Notes: generated from the sequence alone by a model not told the origin. Shown: positions 10,156 to 21,452, counted from the first letter of the stretch. The stretch: DNA of 64,000 bases from Nostoc sp. (GCA_036918135.1 JBALDB010000028.1:192001-256000); one strand, 5' to 3'. Numbers and translations: made by a program.

Positions 10156-12756
10156 ATGAATTATAACCACTCAAAGCACAATGGCAATCGCACTCCGCAT
10201 TTCAAAAAATGTCATCGGCGGACAGAACAAGTTGAAATCCAGGTGCAAGATGACCGCACGGGCATGGATGCAGTAACACTCAAACGCGCTCTTTTAGATA
10301 ATCTCTACTACATTCAGGCGAAGGATCGAAACTGGGCGAATGCACATGATTATTACATGGCGTTGGCATATACTGTACGCGATCGCCTGCTTCACCGTTG
10401 GCTGAAAACTGTAGAACAAACGTATTTCCATAAAGATGTCAAAATCCTCTGTTACCTATCTGCGGAGTACCTAATTGGGCCGCAGTTGGGGAAAAATTTG
10501 ATGAATGTCGGACTCTATGAAGAAGCTCGTAACATTCTGCAAGAATTAGGCTTTAATCTTTATGATGTGTTGGAACAAGAAGATGAGCCAGCATTAGGCA
10601 ATGGTGGTTTAGGACGACTGGCGGCTTGCTTTTTCGATTCTCTTTCTAGTTTAGAAATGCCTGCAATTGGTTACGGTATTCGCTACGAATTCGGGATTTT
10701 TCAACAAGTAATTCAAGACGGCTGGCAGGTAGAACGCCCAGATCGCTGGCTGCGATTTGGTAATCCTTGGGAAATTCCCCGTCTCGATTATATTGTAGAA
10801 GTCAAATTCGGCGGACACACTGAGGCTTACACTGACGAACACGGACGCTATCAAGTACGCTGGATACCAGAGCGAACCGTGTTAGGCACACCCTACGATA
10901 CGCCAATTTCTGGTTATAACAGCAATACAGTGAATACGCTACGCTTGTGGAGTGCGAAAGCCAGCGAAGATTTCAACTTGCAGATTTTTAACAGTGGGGA
11001 TTTTACCGACGCTGTAGCAGAAAAAGTTTTTTCTGAAAATATTACCAAAGTCCTTTATCCGAATGACCAAAACTATCAAGGTAAAGAACTGCGTTTAGAG
11101 CAGCAATACTTTTTTGTTTCTTGCTCGCTGCAAGATATGATTCGCAATTATCTACAAACACATGAGAATTTTGATCAATTCTCTGCAAAATTTGCAATTC
11201 AAATCAACGACACTCACCCAGCTATTGGCATTGCAGAAATGATGCGGTTGTTAGTGGATGTTCATCAATTAGATTGGGACAAAGCTTGGAATATTACTGA
11301 GAATAGTTTTGGATTTACTAATCACACTCTGCTATCAGAAGCATTGGAACGTTGGAGCATTGATTTATTTGGTCATTTGTTACCCAGACATTTAGAAATT
11401 ATTTTTGAAATTAACAGTAGATTCTTAACACAGGTTCGCCTCAAGTATGCTGGAGATAATGAGAAAATAGCTAAACTTTCACTGATTGAGGAAGGTTCAG
11501 AGAAGAAAGTCCGGATGGCACATCTCGCTTGTGTAGGTAGTCATGCCATTAATGGTGTTGCCGAACTACATACGGAACTGCTAAAAAACAACTTGTTTCC
11601 AGATTTTTATGAATTGTTTCCGCAAAAGTTTAGTAATAAAACTAATGGTGTTACTCCTCGACGTTGGATATTACTTGCTAATCCAAAATTAGCACTGTTA
11701 ATTACTAACAAGATTGGCAAAGACTGGATTAAGAATTTAGATGAACTCAAGCAATTAGAAGCTTTGATAGACAATACAGATTTTCGACAATCTTGGTGGC
11801 AGATAAAACATGAAAACAAACAAGATTTAGCAGAATATATTTTGCAAACAACTGACATTGAAATAAATACCAACTCTTTGTTTGATATTCAAGTCAAACG
11901 CTTCCATGAGTATAAACGTCAGCATTTAAATATACTGTACATTATTACTCTCTATAATCGGATCAAGAAAAATCCCAACCTCAATATAGTACCGCGAACT
12001 GTAATTTTTGGTGGCAAGTCAGCACCAGGTTATGCAATGGCGAAGTTAATCATCAAACTAATTAATTCTGTTGCTCATGTGATTAATAATGATGCTGATG
12101 TAGGTGACAAGCTGAAAGTAGTCTTTTTACCCAACTACAATGTTTCCTTAGCACAGCGAATTTATCCTGCTGCTGACCTTTCCGAGCAAATTTCTACTGC
12201 TGGAAAGGAAGCTTCTGGCACTAGTAACATGAAGTTTGCGATTAACGGAGCGCTGACAATTGGTACACAAGACGGAGCCAATATTGAAATTCGCGATCGC
12301 GTCGGTGCAGAAAACTTTTTTCAGTTTGGATTAACTGCTCCTGAAGTTGCTCAACTGAAAGCACAAGGATACAACCCGTGGAATTATTACAACAATAATC
12401 CTGAACTCAAACAAGCAATTGACCAAATTGCTGATGGCTATTTCTCTGAGGGAAATACAGATTTATTTCAGCCATTAATAGATACGTTGAGAAATCGGGA
12501 TGAGTATATGTTATTTGCAGATTACCAATCTTATATCGAGTGTCAACAAAAAGTTAGTCAAGCTTATCAAGAGCAGGAAAATTGGATAAGAATGTCAATT
12601 TTTAATGCTGCTCGCACGGGTTATTTTTCCTCAGACCGTACCATTCGTGAATATGCCCAAGATATCTGGCATCTTCAGCCAGTGACGATTAATTTAAATG
12701 ATAGTCAAGAACAAAAGGCAGGCGTGAAAGTAAAAGAAGCATCATTATCAATTTAG
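10156..12756 (+). CDS. glgP: Glycogen/starch phosphorylase (GT35)
   Basis: LGNGGLGRLAAC, INDTHP, NKTNGVTPRRW, KRFHEYKRQ, EASGTSNMK (PLP lysine). Confidence 0.98.
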   Translation: MNYNHSKHNGNRTPHFKKCHRRTEQVEIQVQDDRTGMDAVTLKRALLDNLYYIQAKDRNWANAHDYYMALAYTVRDRLLHRWLKTVEQTYFHKDVKILCYLSAEYLIGPQLGKNLMNVGLYEEARNILQELGFNLYDVLEQEDEPALGNGGLGRLAACFFDSLSSLEMPAIGYGIRYEFGIFQQVIQDGWQVERPDRWLRFGNPWEIPRLDYIVEVKFGGHTEAYTDEHGRYQVRWIPERTVLGTPYDTPISGYNSNTVNTLRLWSAKASEDFNLQIFNSGDFTDAVAEKVFSENITKVLYPNDQNYQGKELRLEQQYFFVSCSLQDMIRNYLQTHENFDQFSAKFAIQINDTHPAIGIAEMMRLLVDVHQLDWDKAWNITENSFGFTNHTLLSEALERWSIDLFGHLLPRHLEIIFEINSRFLTQVRLKYAGDNEKIAKLSLIEEGSEKKVRMAHLACVGSHAINGVAELHTELLKNNLFPDFYELFPQKFSNKTNGVTPRRWILLANPKLALLITNKIGKDWIKNLDELKQLEALIDNTDFRQSWWQIKHENKQDLAEYILQTTDIEINTNSLFDIQVKRFHEYKRQHLNILYIITLYNRIKKNPNLNIVPRTVIFGGKSAPGYAMAKLIIKLINSVAHVINNDADVGDKLKVVFLPNYNVSLAQRIYPAADLSEQISTAGKEASGTSNMKFAINGALTIGTQDGANIEIRDRVGAENFFQFGLTAPEVAQLKAQGYNPWNYYNNNPELKQAIDQIADGYFSEGNTDLFQPLIDTLRNRDEYMLFADYQSYIECQQKVSQAYQEQENWIRMSIFNAARTGYFSSDRTIREYAQDIWHLQPVTINLNDSQEQKAGVKVKEASLSI

Positions 12757-12845
12757 AAATAATTAGTAAGCTGTTCCACATTTAAGAAAGCATATATTTT
12801 CGTGTTGGCTGTTGACCATTGATGGTTAACTGTTATAAGTCTAGG

Positions 12846-13121
12846 TCAACGAACCTCACAAGTGATTAGATTCTTGGAATCCCCCGCTGTAACAGTACTC
12901 TGTTCAGCGGTGGGAGGATTTGAGATAGTGCGGGTTTGAAATTCGATGTGTAAAATTCGATTGGCTGTTTGCACAAATGTCACAGAATCTGCACGAATTG
13001 GTTCTAAACTCAATTCGGTCTTCAGTACCTTAACTTTTGTTGGTGCTTCAGCTAGTAACCAACTAACAAATTCTTTTGGGTATTTTTCAGCTAAAACCTT
13101 ACAAACGTTGTCAAAACTCAC
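12846..13121 (-). pseudogene. Truncated Rpn-family (PD-(D/E)xK) nuclease/putative transposase
   Basis: SFDNVCKVLAEKYP...LKTELSLEPIRADSVTF...ILHIEFQT; family resemblance ends after about 70 aa. Confidence 0.75.
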
Positions 13122-13163
13122 AATTTACTTCCCATTTCATAGTTGTGATACTCACACCACAAT

Positions 13164-13466
13164 TTGATACTCGCCGACGAGTCTTTAATACTCGCGAACG
13201 AGTCTTTGATACTCGCCGACGAGTCTTTAATACTCGCGAACGAGTCTTTGATACTCGCCGACAAGTCTTTAATACTCGCCGACGAGTCTTTGATACTCGC
13301 CGACAAGTCTTTAATACTCGCCGACGAGTCTTTGATACTCGCGAACGAGTCTTTGATACTCGCTGACAAGTATTTAATACTCCTGAATGAATCTTTAATA
13401 TTCGCCGACGAGTCTTTGATACTCGCGAACCAGTCTTTGATACTCGCCGACAAGTATTTAATACTC
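13164..13466. repeat. 21-bp tandem array, 14 units plus a partial
   Basis: Consensus TT(G/A)ATACTCGC(CG/GA)AC(G/A)AGTCT, with internal palindrome ACTCG-N4-CGAGT. Confidence 0.95.
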
Positions 13467-13490
13467 ATGAATACAATTCAGCTTTCTATC

Positions 13491-13521
13491 TGCCCCATGC
13501 CCAATGCCCCATGCCCCATTC
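13491..13521. repeat. Heptamer STRR
   Basis: TGCCCCA TGCCCAA TGCCCCA TGCCCCA. Confidence 0.85.
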
Positions 13522-14439
13522 CTACTTAGATAAACGCGTCATTTCAAACAATTGCTGGGCATTATTTCCTAAAAAAGCATCAAAAAGTACCTGCCTTCCA
13601 GGTTCTACTTCCACTAGATAGCGCTGGGCAATTTCATAATAGGCGTAAGTCCAAGGAATCTGAATTTCTAGACCACTGTTATCATCTAACACCGTCACCA
13701 TTTCGGTTACAGCTTGAGTCGCCGTTTGTCGCAAACCACACGCAACATTTCCTTCTATTTCTGCTTTCATTGGTACGCCCAAGCTAGCCAAACCATTAGC
13801 GGTAGTGTCTATATTTGGATATTTTGCAGTGTTCTGGGCGTTAATGTAGCCTGTGAAGTGGTTGACAGCATATCCGTGCAGCAATACCCAAGCCCCATAC
13901 TGAGTAACCTGATTCACTTGTTCGACAACAGAACGCCGGGGAGGTAGCCAAGGACGCGTAAATATTTGTTGGAGTTGTTTAGCGATGATTTCAATATCCT
14001 CTTCTTTTTCTAAAAGAGAATTAACAGGTGAGGTAAGTTGATATTGAATTGAAGATACTGTTTTCGAGATTACTTGAGCAATATTGCTAGGTAATTCATC
14101 AACAATCAACTCGCTGATAAACAGCTTAGGTAAGTTAAATTTCTCTTGCTGCGGATGATAATAATGACGGGCATACAAATGAGTTTGAGCAAAAGTATAC
14201 TCGCCAGCCGCAACATAACCTAAAGCTTCTACAATTTTTCCCAGGTAGTTAATGCCCAGGTTAACTTCACCGTGTGGGCTATCTACGAATAGACGCAAAG
14301 ACCGAAAAGCAATGTGGTCATTAGCGACATTCCCACCCGCAGCAGTAATCATCTGCTGGTAGGTAAGGGCATGATTTACTCTGGCGCTGTATTCTTGCCA
14401 GAGTAATTTCCACAGATGAAGGGCTATTTCAGGTTTCAT
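13522..14439 (-). CDS. DUF1338 family protein (HglS-like 2-oxoadipate dioxygenase/decarboxylase)
   Basis: NDHIAFRS, LPKLFISEL, QYGAWVLLHGYAVNHFT, LRQTAT, YYEIAQR, FDAFLGNNAQQLFEMT. Confidence 0.85.
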   Translation of the reverse strand: MKPEIALHLWKLLWQEYSARVNHALTYQQMITAAGGNVANDHIAFRSLRLFVDSPHGEVNLGINYLGKIVEALGYVAAGEYTFAQTHLYARHYYHPQQEKFNLPKLFISELIVDELPSNIAQVISKTVSSIQYQLTSPVNSLLEKEEDIEIIAKQLQQIFTRPWLPPRRSVVEQVNQVTQYGAWVLLHGYAVNHFTGYINAQNTAKYPNIDTTANGLASLGVPMKAEIEGNVACGLRQTATQAVTEMVTVLDDNSGLEIQIPWTYAYYEIAQRYLVEVEPGRQVLFDAFLGNNAQQLFEMTRLSK

Positions 14440-14498
14440 AATGTTGATGTGAATGAATGATTTTTTCACGCACAGGCGCAGAGAGTTTTTGTGTGGGG

Positions 14499-15812
14499 TT
14501 AGAGAATATTCGAGAGAATTTCGAGGGCGGTTTGAATTTGGTCACTGTCGATAATTAGAGGCGGACAAAAACGAATTGCGGCTTTGCCACAACCTAGTAA
14601 TAATAAACCTCGTAAGAAGGATTCTTGGATAATGCGATCGCGCAATTTATAATCCAGATTACCTGTTTCATCTAATAAGTCCACCGCAACCATTAAACCT
14701 TTTCCTCGTGGCGGCGATACTCTGGAAAATTTTTGATGCAGCTGGGTAAGTCCAGTTTGTAATAATTCTCCCATTTGGCTAGCATTGGTCATTAAACCGC
14801 TTTCTAGCAGTTCTAAGGTGGCAATACCAGCTGCACACGCTACGGGATTACCGCCGAATGTGGTAGCGTGTGAACCAGGAGGCCAAGTCATTAACTCTGG
14901 TCTAGCAAGTATCGCTCCTAAAGGCAGACCGCTAGCGATACCTTTGGCGGTAGTAATAATATCAGGCATCACTCCCCAATGTTCGATCGCAAATAGGCGA
15001 CCTGTCCGCCCCATGCCAGCTTGGACTTCATCTACTACCATCAAGATACCGTGGCGATCGCAAATTTCCCGAATCCGTTGTAAAAAACCATCCTCTGGGA
15101 CGATATACCCGCCTTCTCCTTGAATCGGTTCCACTACAATCGCCGCTATTTCTTGCGGTGGTAAAGTTGTGGTAAATAGCTGTTTTTCTAAGTAATCTAA
15201 GCTAGCGTGAGTGCCATAAGGAATATGAGTTATCCCTGGAACTAAAGGGCCAAAACTGGCTCGCTGCACTGCTTTTGAACCAGTCAGAGACATTGCCCCG
15301 TATGTACGTCCGTGGAATGCGCCTAAGAAGGCAACGATTAGCGATCGCTTGGTGTAATATCGAGCTAGTTTAATCGCTCCTTCGTTGGACTCTGCCCCAG
15401 AATTGGTAAAAAATACTTTGGCGGGAAAACCAGTGTTATTCTCTGGTTGGGGAAAGGGAGCGCGAGTTGCCAATTTTTCTGCTAATTCTACCATCGGTTC
15501 ATAATAAAAATCCGTCCCCGACATGTGCAGCAAACGCGCCGACTGTTCTTGAATGGCCTTGACAACTTGTGGGTGGGCGTGTCCGGTGGCGGTGACGGCG
15601 ATACCTGCGGTCATATCCAGAAATACATTGCCATCAACATCTTCCACCATACAGCCTTCGCCGCGAGCCACAACTAAAGGATAATCGCGGGTATAAGAAG
15701 GAGAATTGACGGCGCGATCGCGTTCTATAATTGCTTGAGCGCGAGTCCCAGGTAACGAAGTGATTAGACGCGGTGTCCGAGGTAAATTTAAGTTAACAGG
15801 AATACTTAACAT
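14499..15812 (-). CDS. Class III PLP-dependent aminotransferase
   Basis: FTNSGAESNE, AFHGRT, EPIQGEGG, DEVQAGMGRTG, TTAKG, TTFGGNP. Confidence 0.93.
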   Translation of the reverse strand: MLSIPVNLNLPRTPRLITSLPGTRAQAIIERDRAVNSPSYTRDYPLVVARGEGCMVEDVDGNVFLDMTAGIAVTATGHAHPQVVKAIQEQSARLLHMSGTDFYYEPMVELAEKLATRAPFPQPENNTGFPAKVFFTNSGAESNEGAIKLARYYTKRSLIVAFLGAFHGRTYGAMSLTGSKAVQRASFGPLVPGITHIPYGTHASLDYLEKQLFTTTLPPQEIAAIVVEPIQGEGGYIVPEDGFLQRIREICDRHGILMVVDEVQAGMGRTGRLFAIEHWGVMPDIITTAKGIASGLPLGAILARPELMTWPPGSHATTFGGNPVACAAGIATLELLESGLMTNASQMGELLQTGLTQLHQKFSRVSPPRGKGLMVAVDLLDETGNLDYKLRDRIIQESFLRGLLLLGCGKAAIRFCPPLIIDSDQIQTALEILSNIL

Positions 15813-15973
15813 AATTTTTTAGAATTACTAATGATTCAACTACAAAATCAAATTATTTACAGTAATTTGTAATTCGTAATCGTGACTTCACCCATCAAAG
15901 GGAAAGCTAAAAAACAAAGCAATTGAATTCCTCTGTCCTCAATTACGAATTACTAATAACTAATGACTAATGA

Positions 15974-17473
15974 CTAATTTCTATTATCTATTTGGGCGCG
16001 TTGCAAACTTCCTGAAAAGTCAACATAAACACTTTTCCATTCTGTAAATACATCTAAAGCAGTGCTGCCAGCTTCCCGATGTCCGTTGCCGGTTTGTTTG
16101 ACACCACCAAAGGGTAAATGTACTTCTGCCCCAATGGTAGGGCCATTAATATAAGTGATACCTGCTTCAATGTCGCGCATGGCAGTAAAAGCGCGGTTGA
16201 TATCGCGGGTATAAACTGAAGAGGAAAGACCGTAATTGGTATCATTGAGAATGGCGATCGCTTCTTCAAAAGAACTCACCTCAATCAATGCCACTACTGG
16301 GCCGAATATCTCTTCACGAGCAACGCGCATATCGGGAGTTACATCATCCAAAATAGTCGGTTGAAAGAAGTAACCATTTTTTAATTCGCCAATAGCTGCG
16401 ATTTCTCCACCAATTAAAACCTTTGCTCCTTCCTCACGGGCAATTTCTAAATACTTGCTTACCTGTTGGAGTTGCTTTTCGTTAATAATCGGCCCGATAT
16501 CTGTATCGGGGTCAATGCCAGCACCTAAGCGTAACTTACTAGCACGCTCAGAAAGCATAGCAGTAAATTTTTCTTTGATGTCCCGATGCAAAATCAGGCG
16601 ACTGGTAGCCGTACAGCGTTGACCGGTTGTGCCAAAAGCACCCCAGACTGCACCATCTAAAGCCAGTTCTAAATCGGCATCTTCCATCACCACCTGGGCG
16701 TTTTTGCCGCCCATTTCTAAACAGACACGCTTGTGAGTGCGTCCGCAAGTCGCGCCCACAAAAGCGCCGGTTTGGGAAGAACCAGTAAAGGACACCAAAT
16801 CAACACCGTTATGTTCGACTAAAGCTTTCCCCGCTTCTTCTCCTACACCATGCACCAAGTTAATTACTCCTGGCGGTAAACCTGCTTGTTGGAAAATTTC
16901 AATTAATTTAGTTGCACAGGCAGAAGTATCTTCAGCAGGTTTGAGGATAACTGTATTACCACAAACCAATGCTGGCATAGCTTTCCAGCAAGGAATTGCC
17001 ACCGGAAAATTCCACGGGGTAATCAAGGCGCAGACACCTATAGGCATTCGCACCGTCATGGCGAATTTATTTGGCATTTCCGAGGGTGTAGTTTGCCCAA
17101 AAAGTCGCCGTCCTTCGCCAGCGCTGTAAAAGGCGCAGTCAATACCTTCTTGCACGTCTCCCCTAGCTTCACTCTGGGGTTTACCCATTTCTCGACTGAT
17201 TAACTGGGCAAGTTCTTCTTTATGTTCGAGTAATATTTCCCCGACGCGAAAAATGTATTCTGCCCTTGCCGGAGCAGGGACTTGACGCCAACTGTGGTAA
17301 GCTTTGCGGGCAGCTGCTACCGCTATGTCTACATCCTTGGCTTGGGAACGGGGAAATGTAGCAACAAGTTCGGTTCTGTCAGCAGGGTTGCGGCTTTCGA
17401 GAGTTACTTCCCCTACAGCAGTCAACCATTGACCGTCTATGTAATTGCGGCAAGATAGCGGAGTTATCATCAC
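15974..17473 (-). CDS. NAD(P)-dependent aldehyde dehydrogenase
   Basis: ITPWNFP, FTGS, LEMGGKN, GQRCTA (catalytic Cys), EEIFGP, PFGGVK. Confidence 0.96.
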   Translation of the reverse strand: MMITPLSCRNYIDGQWLTAVGEVTLESRNPADRTELVATFPRSQAKDVDIAVAAARKAYHSWRQVPAPARAEYIFRVGEILLEHKEELAQLISREMGKPQSEARGDVQEGIDCAFYSAGEGRRLFGQTTPSEMPNKFAMTVRMPIGVCALITPWNFPVAIPCWKAMPALVCGNTVILKPAEDTSACATKLIEIFQQAGLPPGVINLVHGVGEEAGKALVEHNGVDLVSFTGSSQTGAFVGATCGRTHKRVCLEMGGKNAQVVMEDADLELALDGAVWGAFGTTGQRCTATSRLILHRDIKEKFTAMLSERASKLRLGAGIDPDTDIGPIINEKQLQQVSKYLEIAREEGAKVLIGGEIAAIGELKNGYFFQPTILDDVTPDMRVAREEIFGPVVALIEVSSFEEAIAILNDTNYGLSSSVYTRDINRAFTAMRDIEAGITYINGPTIGAEVHLPFGGVKQTGNGHREAGSTALDVFTEWKSVYVDFSGSLQRAQIDNRN

Positions 17474-17655
17474 AAAAACCTCCGACCGATAATCCAGTGG
17501 AACTTGTGTACTAAGTTTGCTTACTTTCTAGGTTATCGTCAAGTCTGGAAAATCGTGGAGTTTAGACTAACCCATGAGAAAATCACTCAGCAGTACTGAG
17601 TTAATAAGCTATACATCTATAACTAGGTTTTGATGGTCTTGTTACCTATCAAGAT

Positions 17656-19842
17656 TTATACCAGAAGCAAAAGTTTACTAATTATCGGTAGTAATTTAGT
17701 AGATGCCTCTACAAGTTTTGCTGCTTCTGGCAAGCTGGAAACAGTACCTTTCAAAATCTTAATAGCTGTTTTTGCAGCTTTTTGAAGTATATTATCCTCT
17801 GGTTTTTGGGCCGCCTCTGCTAAAGTTTTTATTTGCTCTAAAGCTTCGGCTTTATCTTCTTCAGGTAGATTTGGTTCAGCTTCAATAGCCGCCTGCAATT
17901 GAACTAATAACTCTTTAAGACTAGGCTTGTCTGGTTCAGAAGAGTCAGGTAAATTGCTAATAGTGTTGGTGACTGACCCCCTAATTTCTCCGATGATAAC
18001 TCCTGTCATTTTTTGATTTTCTCCAGCAGCAGCTATACCGCTAACACTTCCTTCAACATTATCAATGCTGATATTACCTTTACTTTGAGACATAATGAAT
18101 TCTCCTTGATGTTGATAAGTTTCTACATAAAACTTAGGTTGTTGTATAGCAGATACTAAAAGTTTTTCTAACATCTGAATTTGCTGGTTTTTTTCTGTAA
18201 TTCCTGCAAATATCCCTTGCATTTTACTAGAAGATAAAGTTTTAATATTATCATATTTTTCAAAATACTCTGCGCTTAATTCAGAGCGATCGGCTGTTCC
18301 TTTAACTTTAACTTGAAGTCTAATTTTTTCGTTACCTCTTCCTTCTAAAGCTACAACTTCAATTCCAGCTTGAGGATATTTATCAGCTAGTTCTTGCAGT
18401 GCAACTGCTGCGGCTCTGGGATCAATTCCATTACGATGGAAAATATCAATGCTTTTGAAAGTCGTTGCAACTTTCCGCATATCAACATTTTGACTACGAT
18501 ATAAATCAAGTGTTTTGATCATAGGAGCAATAAAGTCAGAAAAATCCCCTTCTTGAAAGCTTTCCTCATTATTGTCAGGTTTTCGATAAGGATCGGGATC
18601 GAGCTTCGTTGGGAGTCGCATGTATACATGTTCGCATTCCACTTGAAGTAGCTTAGTTTCAATTGAAATCCCCCAGTTCTGAATATAAGCTCCAGTTAAA
18701 CATGCTTTTGTCAGGTCTGTACGATATAGCTGTGTTTGTACAAGTTTTGCCATAGATAATGTAGCCTGCTGTAAATTGGCTTCACTAAGATTTGCCCCAA
18801 TAAAACTAGCGTCTTTGAGATTGGCATTCTGTAAATTTAAACCTGCAAGATTTCGGTAGTCAAAGTTTTTACCTCTGCCGTCTTTAGTAAGTACTAATTG
18901 TCGTATATCCTGTTCTTCCAAATAAGTTTCTTCAACACAAGCTAGATTGAGCTTTTGAGTATGTAACCAGCAGGTACGAATTAGATTAGCTTTTCTAAAA
19001 TCTGTGTTTTTAAGTGTTGCTCCTGTGAAATCTGCATCCGTTAAATCAGCACCACGAAAGCTTGTACCACTTATAGCAGCAAAGTCAATGGCAATTCTCC
19101 TAATCCATACTAATTCTTTATTTGTGCCTGTAGCTTTCCAAGCAAGATAATTATTAAAAAATGATATTGCTATGCTTACAAGAACGCTTAGAACTTTAAT
19201 CTCTTTCTTCGCGGCAAATAAACCTGGAATTAAAAATGGAATAATCCCAGCAGAAAAAATAGATATAATTATAACTATAGCTACAGCTATATTTATACTA
19301 TTAACCAAGTTCACAGCTAATATTTCAACTAAAGCTGATATGAAAAGTAGAGAAACAGATAACAGTAAAAAGATAACTACAGGTGTAAATGCGAATTTAT
19401 TTTTGATGAAATAATCTAAAGTTATTGTTATAGGAATAGCTAAAATTATCAATACTGATAGACTTTTAATTCCTGCTATAATTCCTTTTTGAATAGTAAT
19501 AATAGAAATATATAACAGAATAAATAAGACTAATAGACCAGGTACATAAGAAAGTTCTCCAAATTCTTTTCTGTTATTAGAAGTTAGTAATTGTGTAGCG
19601 AAAATCCCAACACTAGTGGAGAGTATTCCTGCTAATGCTGCTAAAAGTAATGTAACTAAAAACCAAATAAGTATCCAGTAAGTTTGCAGTCCGGCTCTTA
19701 CGCGACTAAAGTTGGCATTTTTGAGGATAGCATTGTCAAATTTTGCCCCTCGTATATTAGCACCACTAAAATCTTGATTTGTCAGATCGCAGTCCTTAAA
19801 GGAACGACCTTGAAGATTCGCATTATGGTAATTTTTAATCAT
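17656..19842 (-). CDS. Pentapeptide-repeat membrane protein with helical C-terminal domain
   Basis: A(D/N)LxG repeats on both sides of a multi-TM block; C-terminal EEDKAEALEQIKTLAEAA domain. Confidence 0.88.
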   Translation of the reverse strand: MIKNYHNANLQGRSFKDCDLTNQDFSGANIRGAKFDNAILKNANFSRVRAGLQTYWILIWFLVTLLLAALAGILSTSVGIFATQLLTSNNRKEFGELSYVPGLLVLFILLYISIITIQKGIIAGIKSLSVLIILAIPITITLDYFIKNKFAFTPVVIFLLLSVSLLFISALVEILAVNLVNSINIAVAIVIIISIFSAGIIPFLIPGLFAAKKEIKVLSVLVSIAISFFNNYLAWKATGTNKELVWIRRIAIDFAAISGTSFRGADLTDADFTGATLKNTDFRKANLIRTCWLHTQKLNLACVEETYLEEQDIRQLVLTKDGRGKNFDYRNLAGLNLQNANLKDASFIGANLSEANLQQATLSMAKLVQTQLYRTDLTKACLTGAYIQNWGISIETKLLQVECEHVYMRLPTKLDPDPYRKPDNNEESFQEGDFSDFIAPMIKTLDLYRSQNVDMRKVATTFKSIDIFHRNGIDPRAAAVALQELADKYPQAGIEVVALEGRGNEKIRLQVKVKGTADRSELSAEYFEKYDNIKTLSSSKMQGIFAGITEKNQQIQMLEKLLVSAIQQPKFYVETYQHQGEFIMSQSKGNISIDNVEGSVSGIAAAGENQKMTGVIIGEIRGSVTNTISNLPDSSEPDKPSLKELLVQLQAAIEAEPNLPEEDKAEALEQIKTLAEAAQKPEDNILQKAAKTAIKILKGTVSSLPEAAKLVEASTKLLPIISKLLLLV

Positions 19843-20198
19843 TAGCAGTAGTGCTTAATAATTTTAAGTAAGTCTGCTTTCAGAAAAACCTTAAACAAAG
19901 TTAAATTAACTGCCATAAATCAAAAACTTATAAATTTATTGATTAAGAAAATTTTACTAACAGAACTAAAACATTTTTTAGTAAGAAATAAGCCTCAAAT
20001 TAATGTAATTAGAATACATTACTATTCAATATTAGCTAATACACAGATAGCTCCAGAAACTAAATATAAATTTGAGATTATTTTATGAGTATTTTTTATT
20101 TAAGCCCTATTAATAAATAAAAATTATAAGATAAATGTTTAAGTATGATTGTGTCTAATTTAATTTGTAGCATTCAAGTTTTAGATTTAAATTTTTAA

Positions 20199-20786
20199 TT
20201 AAATGTAACGAACTGAATTATTTATATCGAAAACAATCTGGCAGACATGACCTTTAAAAGTAAAACAGAATACAACTAGCGAGTTTGGATTAGATTTAGC
20301 TAATAAATTTCCTACTTGATAGGAAGTAGTTTTAACTATTTCTTCTGAACCTTTAATAGATTTAGATCTCTGAGCTATTTGGAGTGTACCTAATTTATCT
20401 GATGATAATCGAAACTTATCTGGATGAGCAATAAACCAAAATAGCCCATCTTTTTTTGATTTTTGCAATCTACCATTTGATTTTAAATATCTTACTTTAT
20501 TACCAGCAGCTTTATTAATATTCTCAAAAAATTTATTGTTTAAGTGAATCTTCTCACCACGTACAAGACGTTCTATTTGCTCCTCAGATAAGCCCCATTT
20601 CCGATCGAAGGATATATAACGAATTTTATCAGAGTTGTCTTTAAACCTTTGAAAAATATTTTTATTTGCAAATGTTGAATAGCTTTGTTTAACTGATGCA
20701 TGATTACTTAACAAGGCAATTGTATATTCGGTGGGAGGTAGTTGATTTACTACAGCTATGTGCATTCCAATAAGCATTATCAGCAT
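20199..20786 (-). CDS. Hypothetical basic protein
   Basis: 195-aa ORF in very AT-rich DNA; no motif recognised. Confidence 0.5.
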   Translation of the reverse strand: MLIMLIGMHIAVVNQLPPTEYTIALLSNHASVKQSYSTFANKNIFQRFKDNSDKIRYISFDRKWGLSEEQIERLVRGEKIHLNNKFFENINKAAGNKVRYLKSNGRLQKSKKDGLFWFIAHPDKFRLSSDKLGTLQIAQRSKSIKGSEEIVKTTSYQVGNLLAKSNPNSLVVFCFTFKGHVCQIVFDINNSVRYI

Positions 20787-20988
20787 ATATTTTTTCTTTT
20801 TCTAGAAGATTAATGGCTATACAAAAATTCAACATACTTTAGGCAAGAGTATCACAATTGAGTATATCATTTAAAATCTAATTTTTTTAATGCATTATGT
20901 AAAATATTGAATATCTTAATGACTTTTAAGCAATTTTATATTACTCTGATTAAAGAATATTTAAAATTTCCATGTCAGTACTTGTTTA

Positions 20989-21214
20989 CAAACAAATATT
21001 TGTTGGCTTTGCTGAGAAAATGAAGCCTTAAAAAAATTTAAATCAGCATTTTATTATTCTTTTATCAGAGAGATAAAAGAACATTAAGCTATTTGCCTAT
21101 TAGTGCTTGCTCTCAAACAAATATTTGTTGGCTTTGCTGAGAAAACAAAGCTTTAAAAAAGATTCAAATCAGCATTTTATTATTCTTTTATCAGAGAGAT
21201 AAAAGAACATTAAG
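20989..21214. repeat. About 100-bp direct duplication (20989-21088 and 21114-21214)
   Basis: CAAACAAATATTTGTTGGCTTTGCTGAGAAAA...ATCAGAGAGATAAAAGAACATTAAG occurs twice. Confidence 0.9.
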
Positions 21215-21452
21215 ATATTCTTTAATGGAGTTTAAACTAGATAGCCAATCGAAAGAGAAAAATAAGGGATGTACTTGAATACAAGCTTCTATTAGCAGAA
21301 TCACCACCACAGCAACAGAAATTGATGCAGTTTTACGTCAAACATATACCAACACAGGGTTGTCCGTTGTTAGCAAGATATCATGCTATTTAGTCATGCC
21401 CGAATGCGGTAACTCTACAAAAAATCAGAACTTTAAAGAACACAGAGAAACA

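Noticed and set aside
13164..13466. Possible CRISPR array (also 8258-8344 and 43071-43213)
   Set aside because: Units are contiguous with no unique spacers, and no cas genes are present.
21280..21452. Possible PemK/MazF-like remnant (ISRITTTATEIDAVL...GLSVVSKI)
   Set aside because: The resemblance is too weak and there is no start codon; not supportable without a search.
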